Assembly (NCBI GenBank): GCA_965153285.1
Contig: OZ229116.1
Source: Podarcis tiliguerta
Taxonomy: Eukaryota
DNA: 64,000 nucleotides
Direction: 5' to 3' (one strand)
Part shown: piece after piece, positions 50,074 to 63,591 of the stretch
Position numbering within the stretch: position 1 is the stretch's first letter
Layout of the letters: the number at the start of each line of letters is the position of its first letter
Position numbers and translations under genes: made by a program
Notes under the pieces: model-generated
Told to the model about the DNA's origin: nothing
The model's database searches: none
What the model saw: only the letters and a program-made list of their open reading frames with translations

Positions 50074-52373
50074 ATAATGTTAATGGTGACAACTGCAGCC
50101 ACATTTTTTGGGTGCAAATTTTTAAGTGCAAAATGGCCAACTGTTTGATTTTAGCATTGTCTCTTAGGCAGACGATTATGGCCACATATGTCTTATGCTA
50201 TACTACTTTTGGGTACGTGTTTGGTACTTGGTTTGAGTAAACATTTTCATTTCAAAACAGGGCAATCGTATGAAATATTGCTGTACTTTATTTTTAGAGT
50301 GTAATCTATGTAAAAACACCATGTACAGGCTTTCATAAGCCATAAAGACAGGCCCCTGCCCCCAAGGATCTTCAAATGCAAATGTGGAGAGCAGGGAAGA
50401 CAACGGGAGGGAGAGCAAGGGTAGCAAAGGATAATTGTGAGCAGATGCAGTTATACGTACTTAGACTTGGTTACAGCTGGGATGAGGATTAAGAGAATTC
50501 TTGCTTCATGGATGCTTTCTACTACTCTTAGCTTCCTGCCCTCACCCACTTTGCCTGGGAGTTACAGTTGAACTCAAAGCGATGTACTTCTGGGTGGACA
50601 TGCATAAGATTGTGCTGTGGTAGAATGAACCACAGGCAAAACATTCAGAAGGATGGACAAAAGCAACAAAGCAGCTATATAGACTTGGGGGGAAAGAATA
50701 CCAGCTCGGTTTTGGGATCCTTCCATAATGGTTGACCCAGTTAATTTGAGAAATGTAAGCCTATTAGAATGAGAAAGGCATGTGCCTGTGCAGTGCACAA
50801 CTTCATAATACTTCTCCGGTCTAAGAACAAAGGCTCCATGTAATGTAAATACAAGCATGTTAGCAACCCGATAATACATAACAGAAGAAATTAAATGCAT
50901 TTGACAGTAATTGCCTGCAGAAAAGACTGGAGATAAGCTAGAAAACACACACAAACAAAACAACACGACTAAGCGCATAAATGCCATATGCCAATGTTAT
51001 ATTAAGAAACAATGCCAAGCGTGTTTAGAAGCACAACCTTCACTAAGAAAGAGACATATTTCAGAAACTTGCCCTGGCTTTTGAAGGGATGGTGTGTTGT
51101 TGTGCGAGTGTGACTGATCATTCCCATCCATGATGGATACTAAGTGGGGAAGGAAATGTTAAAACTGAAAAACCATTCTTTTTCCATTTCTCAGTCTACT
51201 TAGAAGTAAATGATGCTAATAAAACAAGTCATAGTTGGCTAACAAAGTAATTTCTCCCCATATAAATCTTGACTTGGAATAGATTTGTATCCCATCATGC
51301 TCACTCATCTCCACATCTCCTACTAGTGACAAAATGTTGTGATCTGGATATTTCTCCCCTGGTTGTGAAATTCTTATAAAGCGTAAAACGACATTGGTAA
51401 TAGATTTATTAATCTTGTACTGCTGTATAAATTACAAGTTAAAGCTGGCCTCTGAAAAAGTTCAATTTCTTTCATGGGTTGTTGTGGAAGGATTTGGGAT
51501 ACACACACAAAAACCCCCTGAGGACAGGGATTGCTGGGTTATTTCAAAGGAGATACTGGAAAGATTGCTGGGAATAAGAATATAAGAACAGCCCTGCAGG
51601 ATCATACTTAAAGGCCTATCTATTGTCACAGCCTATTCTCATAGTGACCAACAGGATGCCTATAGGCAGCAAGACGTGAAGGCAAAGCATTTTACTGCTT
51701 ATGATAACCAGCAAATGGTAATCAGATGGGACTGTTTTGACACCAGTTCTGGATTTCATTCTGCTACCAGGTCATTTGGTAAGCTATAATCAAGTTACCC
51801 AGAGGAATCAGGAGAGTGAACGATCCTACACTGAGGACACACAGGCTAGACATATGCAAGGCTTCCTGAATCTGTGGTTTTTCCAGCCTAGCCCATGCCA
51901 ATGCCGACCTTTAGCCATGCTGCTGGCTAAATTGGTCATGTGACTCTGAACACTATGTGCTTAACTCAGGATGCTACTGCTGCTACAGACCCTGAAAGTA
52001 GTATGGAGATGCTGACCTGTCCAGTCTATCATTGGATTCCTATCAAATAGGTTGCATTTGTTTTGCAAAGGCCTCCATTGTGGCTGCTTTAACTCATTCA
52101 TATCTTACCCTTCTTCCAAAATATGGAGATTAACTCTTTTTATTCTCACAGCAACAGTAGTTAAGGCTGAGAGAAAGTGACTTGCCTGAGATTATCCAGT
52201 GAGCATCAACGCTGAGCAATGTTTTGAACCCGGGTTTCCCTACATCCCAGTCCAACACTCTAGCCATTACATCATATACTCTCCGATGAAAATAGGGACA
52301 TCCTATTCCATACCCTCCAATATTTCTCCAATGAAAGTAGGGACATTCCAAGAAAAAGCAGGACCTTCTAGGA

Positions 52374-52866
52374 CAGGGGTCAGCAAACTAAGGCCCAGGG
52401 GCTGGATCAGGCCCAATTGCCTTCAGGATCCGGCCCGCAGACTGTCCGTGGATCGGCATGGGGATTCTGTTCGTTTGGGCTGCGCTATTCCCCCCCGCCT
52501 CACACACACTGCGGCAGCGCCTCGTCCCTCCCTCCTCCAGGGTTCTCCCTGCCCTACCTATAGGAGGAAAGGGGTTGGGCTGAGCTGGCTGAGCGCCATT
52601 TTAAACAGCCCCTCTCTGGAGCCAGCCCTTTTGCACCGTTTGTCTTCCATTCTCTGCTGCCGCCACCCTGGTGCTCCTGTGGGCCAGAGAGTGGAGTGGA
52701 CGAGCTCCCTCTGCCCACCCACGAGAAGCAGCAGTGGTGGCAGTGGGGGATGAGGAGAAGGACTACTTGCCCCCCTTGCCTCTTCTTCCAGCTCTCCCCC
52801 CAGTGCTGCTTCTCTGGCCCGCCACAAGGTCTGAGGCCTGCAGCTAAAAATTTTGGCCGACCCCTG
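52374..52866. mobile_element. hAT (Charlie-like) non-autonomous element
   Basis: TIRs CAGGGGTCAGCAAA / TTTGGCCGACCCCTG and a perfect 8-bp TSD TTCTAGGA (52366-73 and 52867-74). Confidence 0.9.
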
Positions 52867-53809
52867 TTCTAGGATCAAATCAGAAACTGGACAGCTTCTG
52901 TAAATCTGTGACTATTCCTGGAAAATAGAGACACTTGGAGGGTCTGACATCGCACTATTCTTTCATTCTCTGTGATTTTTTTTTTTAACATGGTTCAGTT
53001 GAGCCCAATTGTACATGCTAGTCTGAATTTGCTTCATTTCCTCAGGCTGTTTAGAAAACAGAACAAGAAACAATGGTTAGTTTTTACTGACACCTTGCTT
53101 CTGAGTTCCTGCTTAAGAAACACTGGTGGTGGTGGGTTGTTGTTGTTGTTGTTGGTGGTGGCTTTGTTTTAGGAAATACTTGTGATACTAATTGATAATA
53201 AAGATACCATTGAATGCCTGAAATATTTCCTTGAGAGGCTGGACAATTGTAATGAAATGGCCAAAAGACTGATTAATAAGCCAATATCTAATTGCTCTTG
53301 TAAAAGGTAGACATAATATTTATGAAAAAAAGACAGCAATTTTCTTTAAAAAGACTTAGAATACACTTACATGGAATCCAAAAATTCAAATTCAAGCCAT
53401 GTTGGGGCTTTCATGTTTGAAATCTATCCATTAGTTTAGGTGGAAGGGTCATAAAACATTCTGTGAAATCAGGCACTGATGTATCACTGTTGAAGGGTGT
53501 TAATTTGGTTCTTTAGCACTGATTTGTTTAGTAGAACATACTAATTGCTTGGTGGATAGAACGAAACCATTTTGCGCTTTAGAAGAAGAAAAAACTGGAA
53601 TCACTCAAAATAAATTGCTGGATCCAAGCAAGGCAATTGTTCTGTTTATATCAGTTTGATCTGCAAAAGTAAAACATGATTACTCCAAATCTAAACAACA
53701 CTGTGCTAAATTCTTCTCAAGTATTTGGGGACTTCTTGCTCTCAGGCAAGCCATGACGAAAACCTGTGATATACTCAGAAATGGACTGTTAACATAGCAC
53801 AATGAACTA

Positions 53810-54175
53810 CAGTGGTGCCTTGCAAGACGAAATTAATTCGTTCCGCGAGTCTCTTCGTCTAGCGGTTTTTTCGTCTTGCGAAGCAACCCTATTAGCGGTT
53901 TAGCGGATTAGCGCTATTAGCGGTTTAGTGGCTATTAGCGGCTATTAAAGGCTTAAGGGATTAGCGGATAAGCTGCTAAAAGGCTATTAGCAGCTCAGCG
54001 CCTTAGAAAAAGGGGGTGGGGAGCGAAAAAAAATCTCAAGAATCGCAAGACATTTTCGTCTTGCGAAGCAAGCCCATAGAGAAATTCGTCCTGCGAAGCG
54101 CATTGAAAAACGGAAAACCCTTTCGTCTAGCGGGTTTTCTGTCTTGTGAGGCATTCGTCTTGCGGGGCACCACTG
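53810..54175. mobile_element. Tigger/mariner-like MITE (same family as 23349-23704)
   Basis: Same TIRs, TA flanks and internal TTAGCGG repeats. Confidence 0.9.
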
Positions 54176-55865
54176 TACACTTTGGAAAGAAGCTGGAGAA
54201 AAACATGAATACAGATATGCAATCAAAGGGTCTCTTTGCACGACTGGCTTAATGTCAGATTAAAGGACATTAAAGTTAAATGCCATCCAATCCCCACAAA
54301 GCATATGAACATATAAAATTGTCCATTTTTCACCTGTAAAAGCCCCCGAAGTTCAAATCCTGGCATCTCCGATTAAAAAGAGACTGAGTAATAGGTGTTG
54401 TGGGTGATTTCTGCCTGAGACCCCAGAGAGTCATTGTTGGACAGAGTGGACCTGGTGGCACCCAATATAGCACCTTTGGGTGCCCCAGTGCCCCTGGACA
54501 AGTCCCTTGGTGTCTGATGCCTATGTTCCTCCTCCTCCTCTTCTTCTACAGTGTCTCATATCCATGTTTGGATATAACCCTCTTCAAGTAGTTTCCAATG
54601 TTCTTGTGTGAGATTCATTGAAGGTATTAGGCCTTTCCATTCCCCTGACCTGATTGCTGGTTAGCACCTGCCTGCCTGCCATAGAGCAATGCAGCCATCT
54701 TGGGTCCAGCATGTTGAGTGTCCTAGTGAACCCATCTAGTCCATGGAATAGGAGCAGTATTGCAGCTAGGGATGGCTCTCAGGGCCAAGGTCCCGGGACC
54801 CACAAAAACACCACCCAGAGAGTCAGCTTGTTCATTAATTTATAAATTCATAAATTACTATATTGATAGGCTACTTTCTAAGCCACAGTGCCTTTCAGTG
54901 TTGCTTCACATAGTGTGCTTTGCAGAAATCTTTTTGAAAGACACCGAAGACTTCTGAGTAAGCTTAGCAGTCATGGATCAGTCATGGATCAGCAGTCTTG
55001 TGGATCAGGAAGTGGTTAAGTAACAGGAAGAAAAGATTTGGAATAAATGGACAGTAGATGGACCCATGGTCTGACTCTGTAGAAGACAGCATCCTATGTC
55101 CCTAAGTATTATTTATGTTTAGAATCACATGTTGGGATGTAGCAGGGAAGCTCTTTATTTACCCTTCAAACAGTAAAAAAGCCAATCCGTTTTGCTTCTA
55201 AGACATCACATGTTAATGGTGATACTGCTTCCTCATTCTGTTCATGTCACACAAATGACATCCTTAGACTGATATAGTGTGTGTGTGTGTGTGCATGCGT
55301 GCACTTTTTTTTTGCAATGTTGAATGGAATTTGTATGGTTTAGTTGAACATCACTGTTTTGATCACATGTTGTGAGCTGCCTTGGCCTTTTACTTTTTTT
55401 TTTTTTAAGGAAAGGCAAGATAGAAAATTTATAAATAAAATAAATAAAATATTTTTCTTTTTTTTAAGCCAGCAAAAAATGATTATCCTGAGCACTGCAA
55501 GTTAGCCTTTGCCAAATAAAATGGCTGGAAATGTAACAGGCAGTTTTCTGCAGTGATCTTATTAAAAGATTTTGTGTGGGGGTGGTTGAAAAATATGGTC
55601 CTGTGTCTTTGGTGCCAAACTTTCAAGCAGCATCAGCTGTCTCTTTACATGAAAGAAATAATATGTTGGTTTAATGTTCAGAAATGCATTTGTCTTATCA
55701 CCAGAATAACATGGCTATAAAAGAACACTAGAAGCTTAGCTACTGTGAAGTAATTCTGATGTTGCATGCCACAGGGTTTTTTAAAAACATGTATTTATTT
55801 GCATGGAAGCAACAGTTGCAATTGGGTAATTTTATGGGGAACCCTCATCTTTAGCTAGTGTATTA

Positions 55866-56240
55866 AAAAGGTAAAGGTAAAGGTAAAGGTAAAGGACCTC
55901 TGACAGTTAGGTCCATTCGCAGACGACTCTGGGGTTGAGGTGCTCATCTTGCTTTACTGGCTGAGGGAGCCGACGTTTGTCTGCAGACAGTTTTTCTGGG
56001 TCATGTGGCCAGCATGACTAAGCTGCTTATGGCGAAACCAGAGCAGCTCATGCAAACGCCGTTTACCTTCCCGCCGGAGCGGTACCTATTTATCTATTTG
56101 CACTTTGACGTGCTTTCGAACTGCTGGGTTGGCAGGAGCAGGGACTGAGCAACGGGAGCTCACCCCGTCGCGGGGATTTGAACCACCGACCTTCCGATCG
56201 GCAAGTCCTAGGCTCAGTGGTTTAGACCACAGCGCCACCC
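55866..56240 (-). mobile_element. Sauria SINE
   Basis: (AAAGGT)4 tail and a body similar to the other three copies. Confidence 0.9.
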
Positions 56241-57103
56241 ACTTTAAAATGCAGTGAGCCAGCCTTGCTGCATATGGGGGACCCCCTCAACACCTAACCT
56301 CAAAGTGTGCAAAAGAGGCTCCAACAAAAAGCTCCAACAAACATTATACCAGAGTGTGGGCCAGTTCATACCATTAGCAGGAACAAGTAGAAAAGCTTTT
56401 TTTGGCTGAAGCACTTCAGGCTTCAGCCTAGTCTGAACTCTTGTCCCTGGCATGCTAGTTTTGTACTTTCTTCGCATGGGTTTTTTTAGGCATGTCACTT
56501 AACCTTCAGCTTCAAGAATGTTGGTGAAGGCTTACGTCCTGAGTCTGCTGACTGTGTGGATTGGTCCAAAATCATTATATATGTTAGAAAAGGCATTTCT
56601 ATAATTCTATTTGAGACCCCTATGATGAAGCTGAATAGCTGTCTAGAAGTACTTTTAAGAAGTATTTGGCAGAAGAATTCTCCTGCAGAGAAAAACAATC
56701 TGATGAAATAATTTAGGATGCAATCCATCTCAATGAAAGTCAGTGGGAGTGTGGTCATTGACTTCAAATGGATGTGGGCTGCAAGCAGAGTTACCTCAAT
56801 GTCTGCTGTAGATCAACCTCAAATAGATAGCTCAGTAAACTAAAGCCAGCTGTTTGATCAATTGAAACAACTGATGCACTGCATGTGCCTGTGTTAGTGA
56901 TTTGTTTCCAATGACATACATGCAGATGTATCATGTGAGCATCCAACCTTGTTATCTAGTTTTAGTTTGGAAATATGTAAAAGAGAATCGGGATCTCTGT
57001 AGAGAAATGTTGAATAAGCAGGTGATCATCCTATCACTTAATTGCTCCCTTGCCCAAGATTAACAAGAAATAGAATGTTGTGACAGACCTCTTTCTGCTC
57101 CAC

Positions 57104-57191
57104 ATCTATATCTATATCTATATCTATATCTATATCTATATCTATATCTATATCTATATCTATATCTATATCTATATCTATATCTATCTAT
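57104..57191. repeat. (ATCTAT)n hexanucleotide microsatellite
   Basis: About 14 near-perfect units. Confidence 0.95.
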
Positions 57192-57509
57192 TTTACCAGT
57201 AGTCACTTTCCCCCCTTAGCTCATTGTATTTAAACTTATACCATCAAGAACAACTTCTTTAACACATGGAAATTAGCTCAATAAATTCCAATATGCATCC
57301 ATTGATAAATTTTTAACTAAATAGTTTGGTATCAATTTTCATAGAGGTTGGGAAGCACTATCTGATAGATTTTTCTAAACTGCTATTATTGCTATTCAAT
57401 AAATTGCACATGCCATATATGTTCATATTTATTTATTATGCATATATATTTAATTTCCCATCTTTTAGAAAAATGCCCATATGGAACAGCTCACAATAAT
57501 ATATAAATT

Positions 57510-57515
<6 letters not shown>

Positions 57516-57553
<38 letters not shown>
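57516..57553. repeat. (TA)n microsatellite
   Basis: 19 TA units. Confidence 0.95.
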
Positions 57554-57556
<3 letters not shown>

Positions 57557-58849
57557 CATCATATTTAACGCTAAAGAATACACAATCACAATAAAATTAA
57601 TAAATAACAGTAGCCTACAATGACATTAAAGTAGCATTCTGTCCAGTAAAACCATAAAATCACCAACATAATCAAAGATAAAATAGAAGTCCAAATAAAA
57701 TCCCTGAAATCATGGGGAAACAACAGCTAAATTTTCAAGGTGTACATGCTGGGATAACTGTCTTCACCCCAGAGTCCAGGATGAAGTCAAAGAATGCAGT
57801 ATCACTGACTAAGGAGCCAGAGCCAGAGTCTGATGCTCATGATGGCTGACAGGCAGGCAGGAGCTTCCTGAACCAGATTCTGCAGCACCCATAGAACATA
57901 GACTCTCAGGGCATCTTTCTCTTGGTTAAAGAACCAAGTGCCTCCAAGTCTGTGCTGATCCAACAGCGCAGGAAGTGCACCAGACAGAAGGCTTGGAAAC
58001 ACAGAAGTGCCTGTCTGGAGGTCAGAGAGTTGGCTGTTTAAAGATTAAAGATTGCAGCTCCCACAAGAAAAGTGAAGCCTAGGAGAGGTGTACTGGAGGC
58101 AAAGGCTGAAAGGCCCACCTCTAACTTTTGTTGGAAGAGGTTGCTCACTTGGAGCTCTCCATGGTGGGTGCTGCAACACCTGGCCTGCCTTGTCCTGTGG
58201 ACTGGAAAAGGTCAGAAAGCAGCTACCAATCAGCATTTCTTTCCATGGTTGTATGTGACAGGCTAAGCACATGTACTTGTCATTTGTGATATTGCACACA
58301 GAGTGCACATGCTCACATACATAGAAGCAATATCCATGTAGAGAAACTCATAAAAAGTGGAACAATGTTTGGGAGCGAAGTTGCAGGCCCAGAAAAATCA
58401 AACATGGCAGATATAACTAGCGAGTGCTCCAATATCTCTCTGGTCAACCAGTTATCATCAGATTTATTAGCTCTTTGTGACATTGTTGTCAGACAGGTCA
58501 CCTAGTGAAAATGAGAAAGGGAAGAGCACTTTAAAAGATGTATGGCTGCCTAGAAGGGAGATTGCTGAATGATATGCACAGGAGGCTTATGAAAGCTGCA
58601 GAACACCTGGAGAAATGAGGAAAACATAGGGGGAGGACCACTTCTTTTTGAGACATTGAAATGTGGGATTTAGGGAAAGCGAGGCTTTCTGGAGCACCCA
58701 ATGATAAAACGGCTGTTGTGGATCCTCTGGTTGACCTCACATAACAAACTTACGGATCCAGCTTTCTCACTGGTGACTTGGTAAACAGAATGCTCCACAG
58801 CTTATTTGCACAACCTGTAATAAGATTCACATGCTTTTTGAATGGTATT

Positions 58850-58960
58850 GGGTGGTATTCAACTATAACCCAGAGCAGATGTACTGAAATTAATGGACAT
58901 AACTTAGTTATGTCGATTTCAATGGGACTACTCTGAGTAAGACTTTGTTGAATACCACCC
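58850..58960. mobile_element. Small foldback MITE (possibly PIF/Harbinger-type)
   Basis: 14-bp TIRs GGGTGGTATTCAAC / GTTGAATACCACCC and a central inverted repeat GACATAAC-tta-GTTATGTC. Confidence 0.6.
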
Positions 58961-59588
58961 TTAATTTTCGCTGGAAATGAAAATTAGCTCCCCATGTGTA
59001 TAAAGGAGGTAGAGTTCTCCCCAAACAATCTCTGAAACATTTCAACTGTATTAATACGAAAAGGAAAAGAGAAAAAATTGGATGTAGGCATGATAAAAAA
59101 AATAAAAGGATTTTAGGAAAGTACATGTGGGTGAGTGTGTGTAATGTATCTTTTAAGAATAAACTGTGCTTTATTTCTCTCTGTAGCATACCATATTGCT
59201 GATTAACCACTGCTTTCATAAAGTACAAGTGGGCCATTTAAACTGTTTCACCGCTGGTTAATGTACTGTATTGTGATCATTCTTTTTTTCCTATGGTACC
59301 TAGCTAGTGTTTTGTTTTTATTACAAATTCACCTACCCTTGTCTGCCGAGGAGAAAAGAAATTACACGACAGAGCCCCACAGCACATAAAACAGCAGAGA
59401 TTCCTAAATAAGACCAGCCTGGAAGAGAAGCCTCTGCCTACCCGCACTGTAATGAAATGCATGACTACAGGAGATAATAATAATTGCAGCAATAGCTCGT
59501 TACAGCTCCCAGATGATTTGGTGCTGTCAGGAGTGCACTGTCCTCTTGACATCCCAGGAGGTGAGAAGCATCACTGACTGCAGGCCCT

Positions 59589-59800
59589 NNNNNNNNNNNN
59601 NNNNNNNNNNNNNNNNNNNNNNNNNNNNNNNNNNNNNNNNNNNNNNNNNNNNNNNNNNNNNNNNNNNNNNNNNNNNNNNNNNNNNNNNNNNNNNNNNNNN
59701 NNNNNNNNNNNNNNNNNNNNNNNNNNNNNNNNNNNNNNNNNNNNNNNNNNNNNNNNNNNNNNNNNNNNNNNNNNNNNNNNNNNNNNNNNNNNNNNNNNNN
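59589..59800. other. Assembly gap (212 N)
   Basis: Run of n characters. Confidence 1.
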
Positions 59801-60508
59801 GGCTCTCCCCAGTAACCTTCTGATGATTTGGATCTGGAATGTTCTTCATGATTTGTCCAAAGTTTTCATCACAGCACTGCCGAAGAGCATTACCGCAGCA
59901 GGCTGCATTCTGACATTCAAATCCCAGGAATGACAGGTTATTAGGAGAAGAGAACCGGCTGTACATACATTAAGCCTCATATCTTTGACCTGTAATTTGA
60001 ACTGATAGTGATATTGTAATTGAGTGAGTAAAAAGGGGGGGATTCTTTATTAAAACACAGGAAGATGAAGAAAACGTTTATTTTCCGGAGATTTATAGGT
60101 TCATAAAATAAGCCTTTTGATGATGATTTATTTTACAATTTTTGAAATGCTGAACTATGTGCTTAATATTTATTTGGTTGAACAGCTATTTAAAATAACA
60201 CTGTCTCCCATCTATTTCCAGCTTGTTCTCCAGAACCTGCGTTTGCACAGATGGAAAGATATTTGTGTGATATTGGAGTTCATGTAGTGGAATAGTTCAA
60301 AGATTATTCTAATAAGATGTACCTATGGAAAAATACAGTGCCCACTTAATGGCTATGGTGTTAAGGATCCCTTGGCAGATTTCTGCAGCTTGTGTGTAAT
60401 GCACTGGGGTTTTTGAATCACGATTACAAGGAATGGGGGAAAGTGGGAACTGCCTTCTGTGATGCTTTTGAATGGAAGGATGGCACACCTGAGAATTTAA
60501 TGAGGTTG

Positions 60509-61036
60509 TCTGGACTACAGCAAAGGGAAAGAACCACAACCAACACTCACTTTGCCATCTCCCTCTGGGCATGGGTATTGATCTGGTCAAGAGGTAACAA
60601 GGCTGGGCATTTGAGCAGAGGAGGTGACTTCACTTCTTCAGTGTTTGGTCAGACTCAGTATCATCTTCAGGGTTCCCCCCCAAGGGGAGGGGCACTTGGG
60701 CAAGATGCCTTCAGAGGTCTCTCTCTCCCTGAGTAGGCACATCTCATAGGAACATAGAAAACTGCCTGGTATTGAGTCAGACTATTGAGCTCAGTAACCA
60801 GTAGCAGCTCTTCAGAATTTCAAGCAGGAGCTCTACCTGCAGACACAAGGGATCAAACCTGGGATCTTCTGCATACAAAGCAGGTGCTCTTCTCCTGAGC
60901 TATAGCCTCTCTTCAAGTCACCTCCTCTGCTCAAATGCCCAGCCTTGTTGCCTCTTGACCAGATCAATGCCCATGCCCAGAGGGAAATGGCAAAGTGAGT
61001 GTTGGCTGTGGTTCTTTCCCTTTGCTGTAGTCCAGA
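60509..61036. repeat. Inverted repeat: 122-bp arms (60509-60630 and 60915-61036) with a 284-bp spacer
   Basis: Arms are reverse complements with 4 mismatches and no indels. Confidence 0.95.
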
Positions 61037-61168
61037 GATGGCGAATGTGTGTTCTTCCAGATGTTGCTGAGCTACAGTTCACACCATCCCTGATCATAGC
61101 CTCTGCTGGATAAGCTGATGGGATTTGGAGTCCAATAGCATCTGGAGGGCCACATTTCTCCAGCCCTG
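61033..61168. mobile_element. Short hAT-type MITE
   Basis: Imperfect TIRs CAGAGATGGCGAATGTGTG / CACATTTCTCCAGCCCTG and an 8-bp TSD ct(g/c)tagtc (61025-32 and 61169-76). Confidence 0.75.
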
Positions 61169-63591
61169 CTCTAGTCACTGCTCGCTCATTTGGAGAGGGC
61201 CAGTAAGCAGTCAGCAGCTTCCACGAGTGGGATTCATAGATTTAGGGGGCCTGGGGTTATTAGACTTAGTCCGAGTATGGACCTAGTTAGATGCCTGATG
61301 AAGCCACTGAAACTAACCCTATCAGCACTCCAGGACAAATGTACCTCCTCTGTAACTTCTAAACACCCCTTTGAGCCCTTTCTAGCCAGCTACAGTTCTC
61401 CTGTACTTTACAGGACAATTTTGTTTCAATGTAATGACCAAACTGACCTTTCAAGAGGTACATTACAGGAGGGATTAATTCTTATGGATATTCTGATTAG
61501 GAATAGCCTTGCATTGGTTCAGGATTGTTCACACTCACTGGCATCAGCTGTAGGGTGGCTGAGTGGGAGGAGGCAGGCAGACTCCTCAGAGGCCCTGCGG
61601 AGCGTCCTGCCCCAGCTCACCCTGCCCCACAGGCAGCTGGCCTTGCCCCCGGGTGCCACCCCAGGCACCAATTGGCTTGCTCCGCCGCTGACCCCTTACT
61701 CCCTAACTATTCTTGCAAAACATGGGAGCAGTACAATGTGACTGCACAATGTGTTTGATTGAATTTAGCAAGATATGCTTAAGATTAAATTGGTTCTGCA
61801 AAATTGGTTTAAATCGTGGAATAAGCAAAATATTGATTCCTCCTTAAACTCAGCAATGCCTCCGCCTGCTTTGTGATTTAAGGAACTGTATGATTTAACT
61901 AAAGCATCCTCCCAGTTCATGGAATTAACAACACCTTTTCTTGATTGCTAAATTGCATAAGATTTACAAGGAACATGGTCTAAGCTATTAAAATTCTTAC
62001 GCTTCATGGCTGTATTCATTTTAAGCCTATATTAAGCATATCATTTTAAGCCTATATTATGTGAGGAGGTATATACTCTGATTTCCCAATTCATATATAG
62101 GCTATAATCGAAAATTATTCGTCTTTATTGGATGAAAACCTGTAAGAATATTTGCTCTCTGAACAACACTGTCATTAACACTGTCACCCACAGTCTTGAT
62201 AACAAACAGCCTTAATTTATCATTTGGGAATTCCAAAATATGTAAAAGGAAAATGTGCACATAAAACTATAATTGTGTTTAAAGTAATGGATCTGCAATG
62301 AAATCATATTCATAGCAAAAATAAATAACAGAAACCTAAGCAAATGCCTGAAGATAACAGTATTTTTAATATGAGCCACGATTATCCCCAGACTTGCTTA
62401 GAAAACAAGCAGAGCAAGCAAATACAATTTCCTTTTTAAAACACGTATCAGTGCTACCTTAACTACTTCAATGATCCCTGATCGGGATCAGCTGAGAGTT
62501 TCTTATTATGGTTAGAATACATAACCCACAACAGCATATTTTGTGATCTCCATGAAATTATTTTGATCTCAACTGCCTGCTTTGCTTGTCTTAACAACTC
62601 TTTTAATTTTTCTATGCTGAATATTGTTGTTGTTGTTAAGCCACATTCTGCTTGCAGTGCTTGAAGCGATTATGATCAGTATGATTGCTAATATCCCACC
62701 TAAGAGAACTGCTGTCACTTTCTTCTGTTAAGATACAGAAGAAACAGCAACACAAAATCTCTTATTTTACCCAACTGGAGTCGGGTAAAGCCAGCTTCAA
62801 AAATATCAACTTCTTGCAGGGAAAGCACTGCAGAAGTATCAACTACCTACATGGAAAGCAGGTCTAGCCCTATGCAGTATCGATGGCCTCAGGTGTAGGG
62901 CAGGTGGGTGTCATCTGTATACAGTCATCTGTATACAGTTTCAACAGTATTCCTTGCATTGATGCCTTTTCCATTTACTGAACTCATCATGTTTGAAGCA
63001 GCCATGAAGTTTCCTTGTTTTGATTTAAATTTAATGCACACTAAGAGCACAGTGTGCTGTTGTGTGTGTAGAAGTGAATGGTGCTTATTCTAAGTTTCTG
63101 AGTATTCTAACTTTCTGAAATATCTTGTACTTATTTTCTAGAAAAAGGGGTGTAGAGGCCCATGTCTGTGAGAAATCACCACCATTTGGTCTGCAAGCTC
63201 TAACTTTGAATCCTGAAGATGTGAGGGTTCCCTTGCAATTAAACAGTGTTGAGGAGAACATAGGTCTTTACCAGCTTTGGGTTACTTTCATGTTTTCTAA
63301 TTTTGTACGTTCCAGAGTAAGCCCTGACATTAAAAACTGATTGTGAGCTCTAGCCCAGATTAAACCTTCATTGTATCCACTCTTAACATGCTGAATCTAA
63401 AATGCTGCTACAGCAAATGTTTAAAATCCAGCCCGTTCTTCATGAAACTATCATTTCACACATCAGTAACCACTTGATCTTTAAGCAGCTATAGAATTCC
63501 TCACCATTTATCATGCCAAGAGAAAATAAACATAACTGGAGATGCCCTAAACCCAGATTTAGGTTTCTGAACAAAGACCAAAATTCTACCC

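Noticed and set aside
50574-50987. 137-aa minus-strand ORF with a signal-peptide-like start (MAFMRLVVLFCLCVFSSLSPVFSA)
   Set aside because: The hydrophobicity comes from a T/G-rich, acceptor-like tract. The rest has no recognisable family, and no promoter or further exons support it.
52199-52878. 184-aa and 106-aa ORFs
   Set aside because: They span GC-rich non-autonomous transposon sequence and have no transposase motifs.
59513-59966. ORFs spanning the N gap
   Set aside because: Artefacts of translating N as X.
61190-61741. 183-aa plus-strand ORF
   Set aside because: It has a TTG start, no recognisable homology or splice structure, and its 3' third lies in GC-rich repeat-like sequence.
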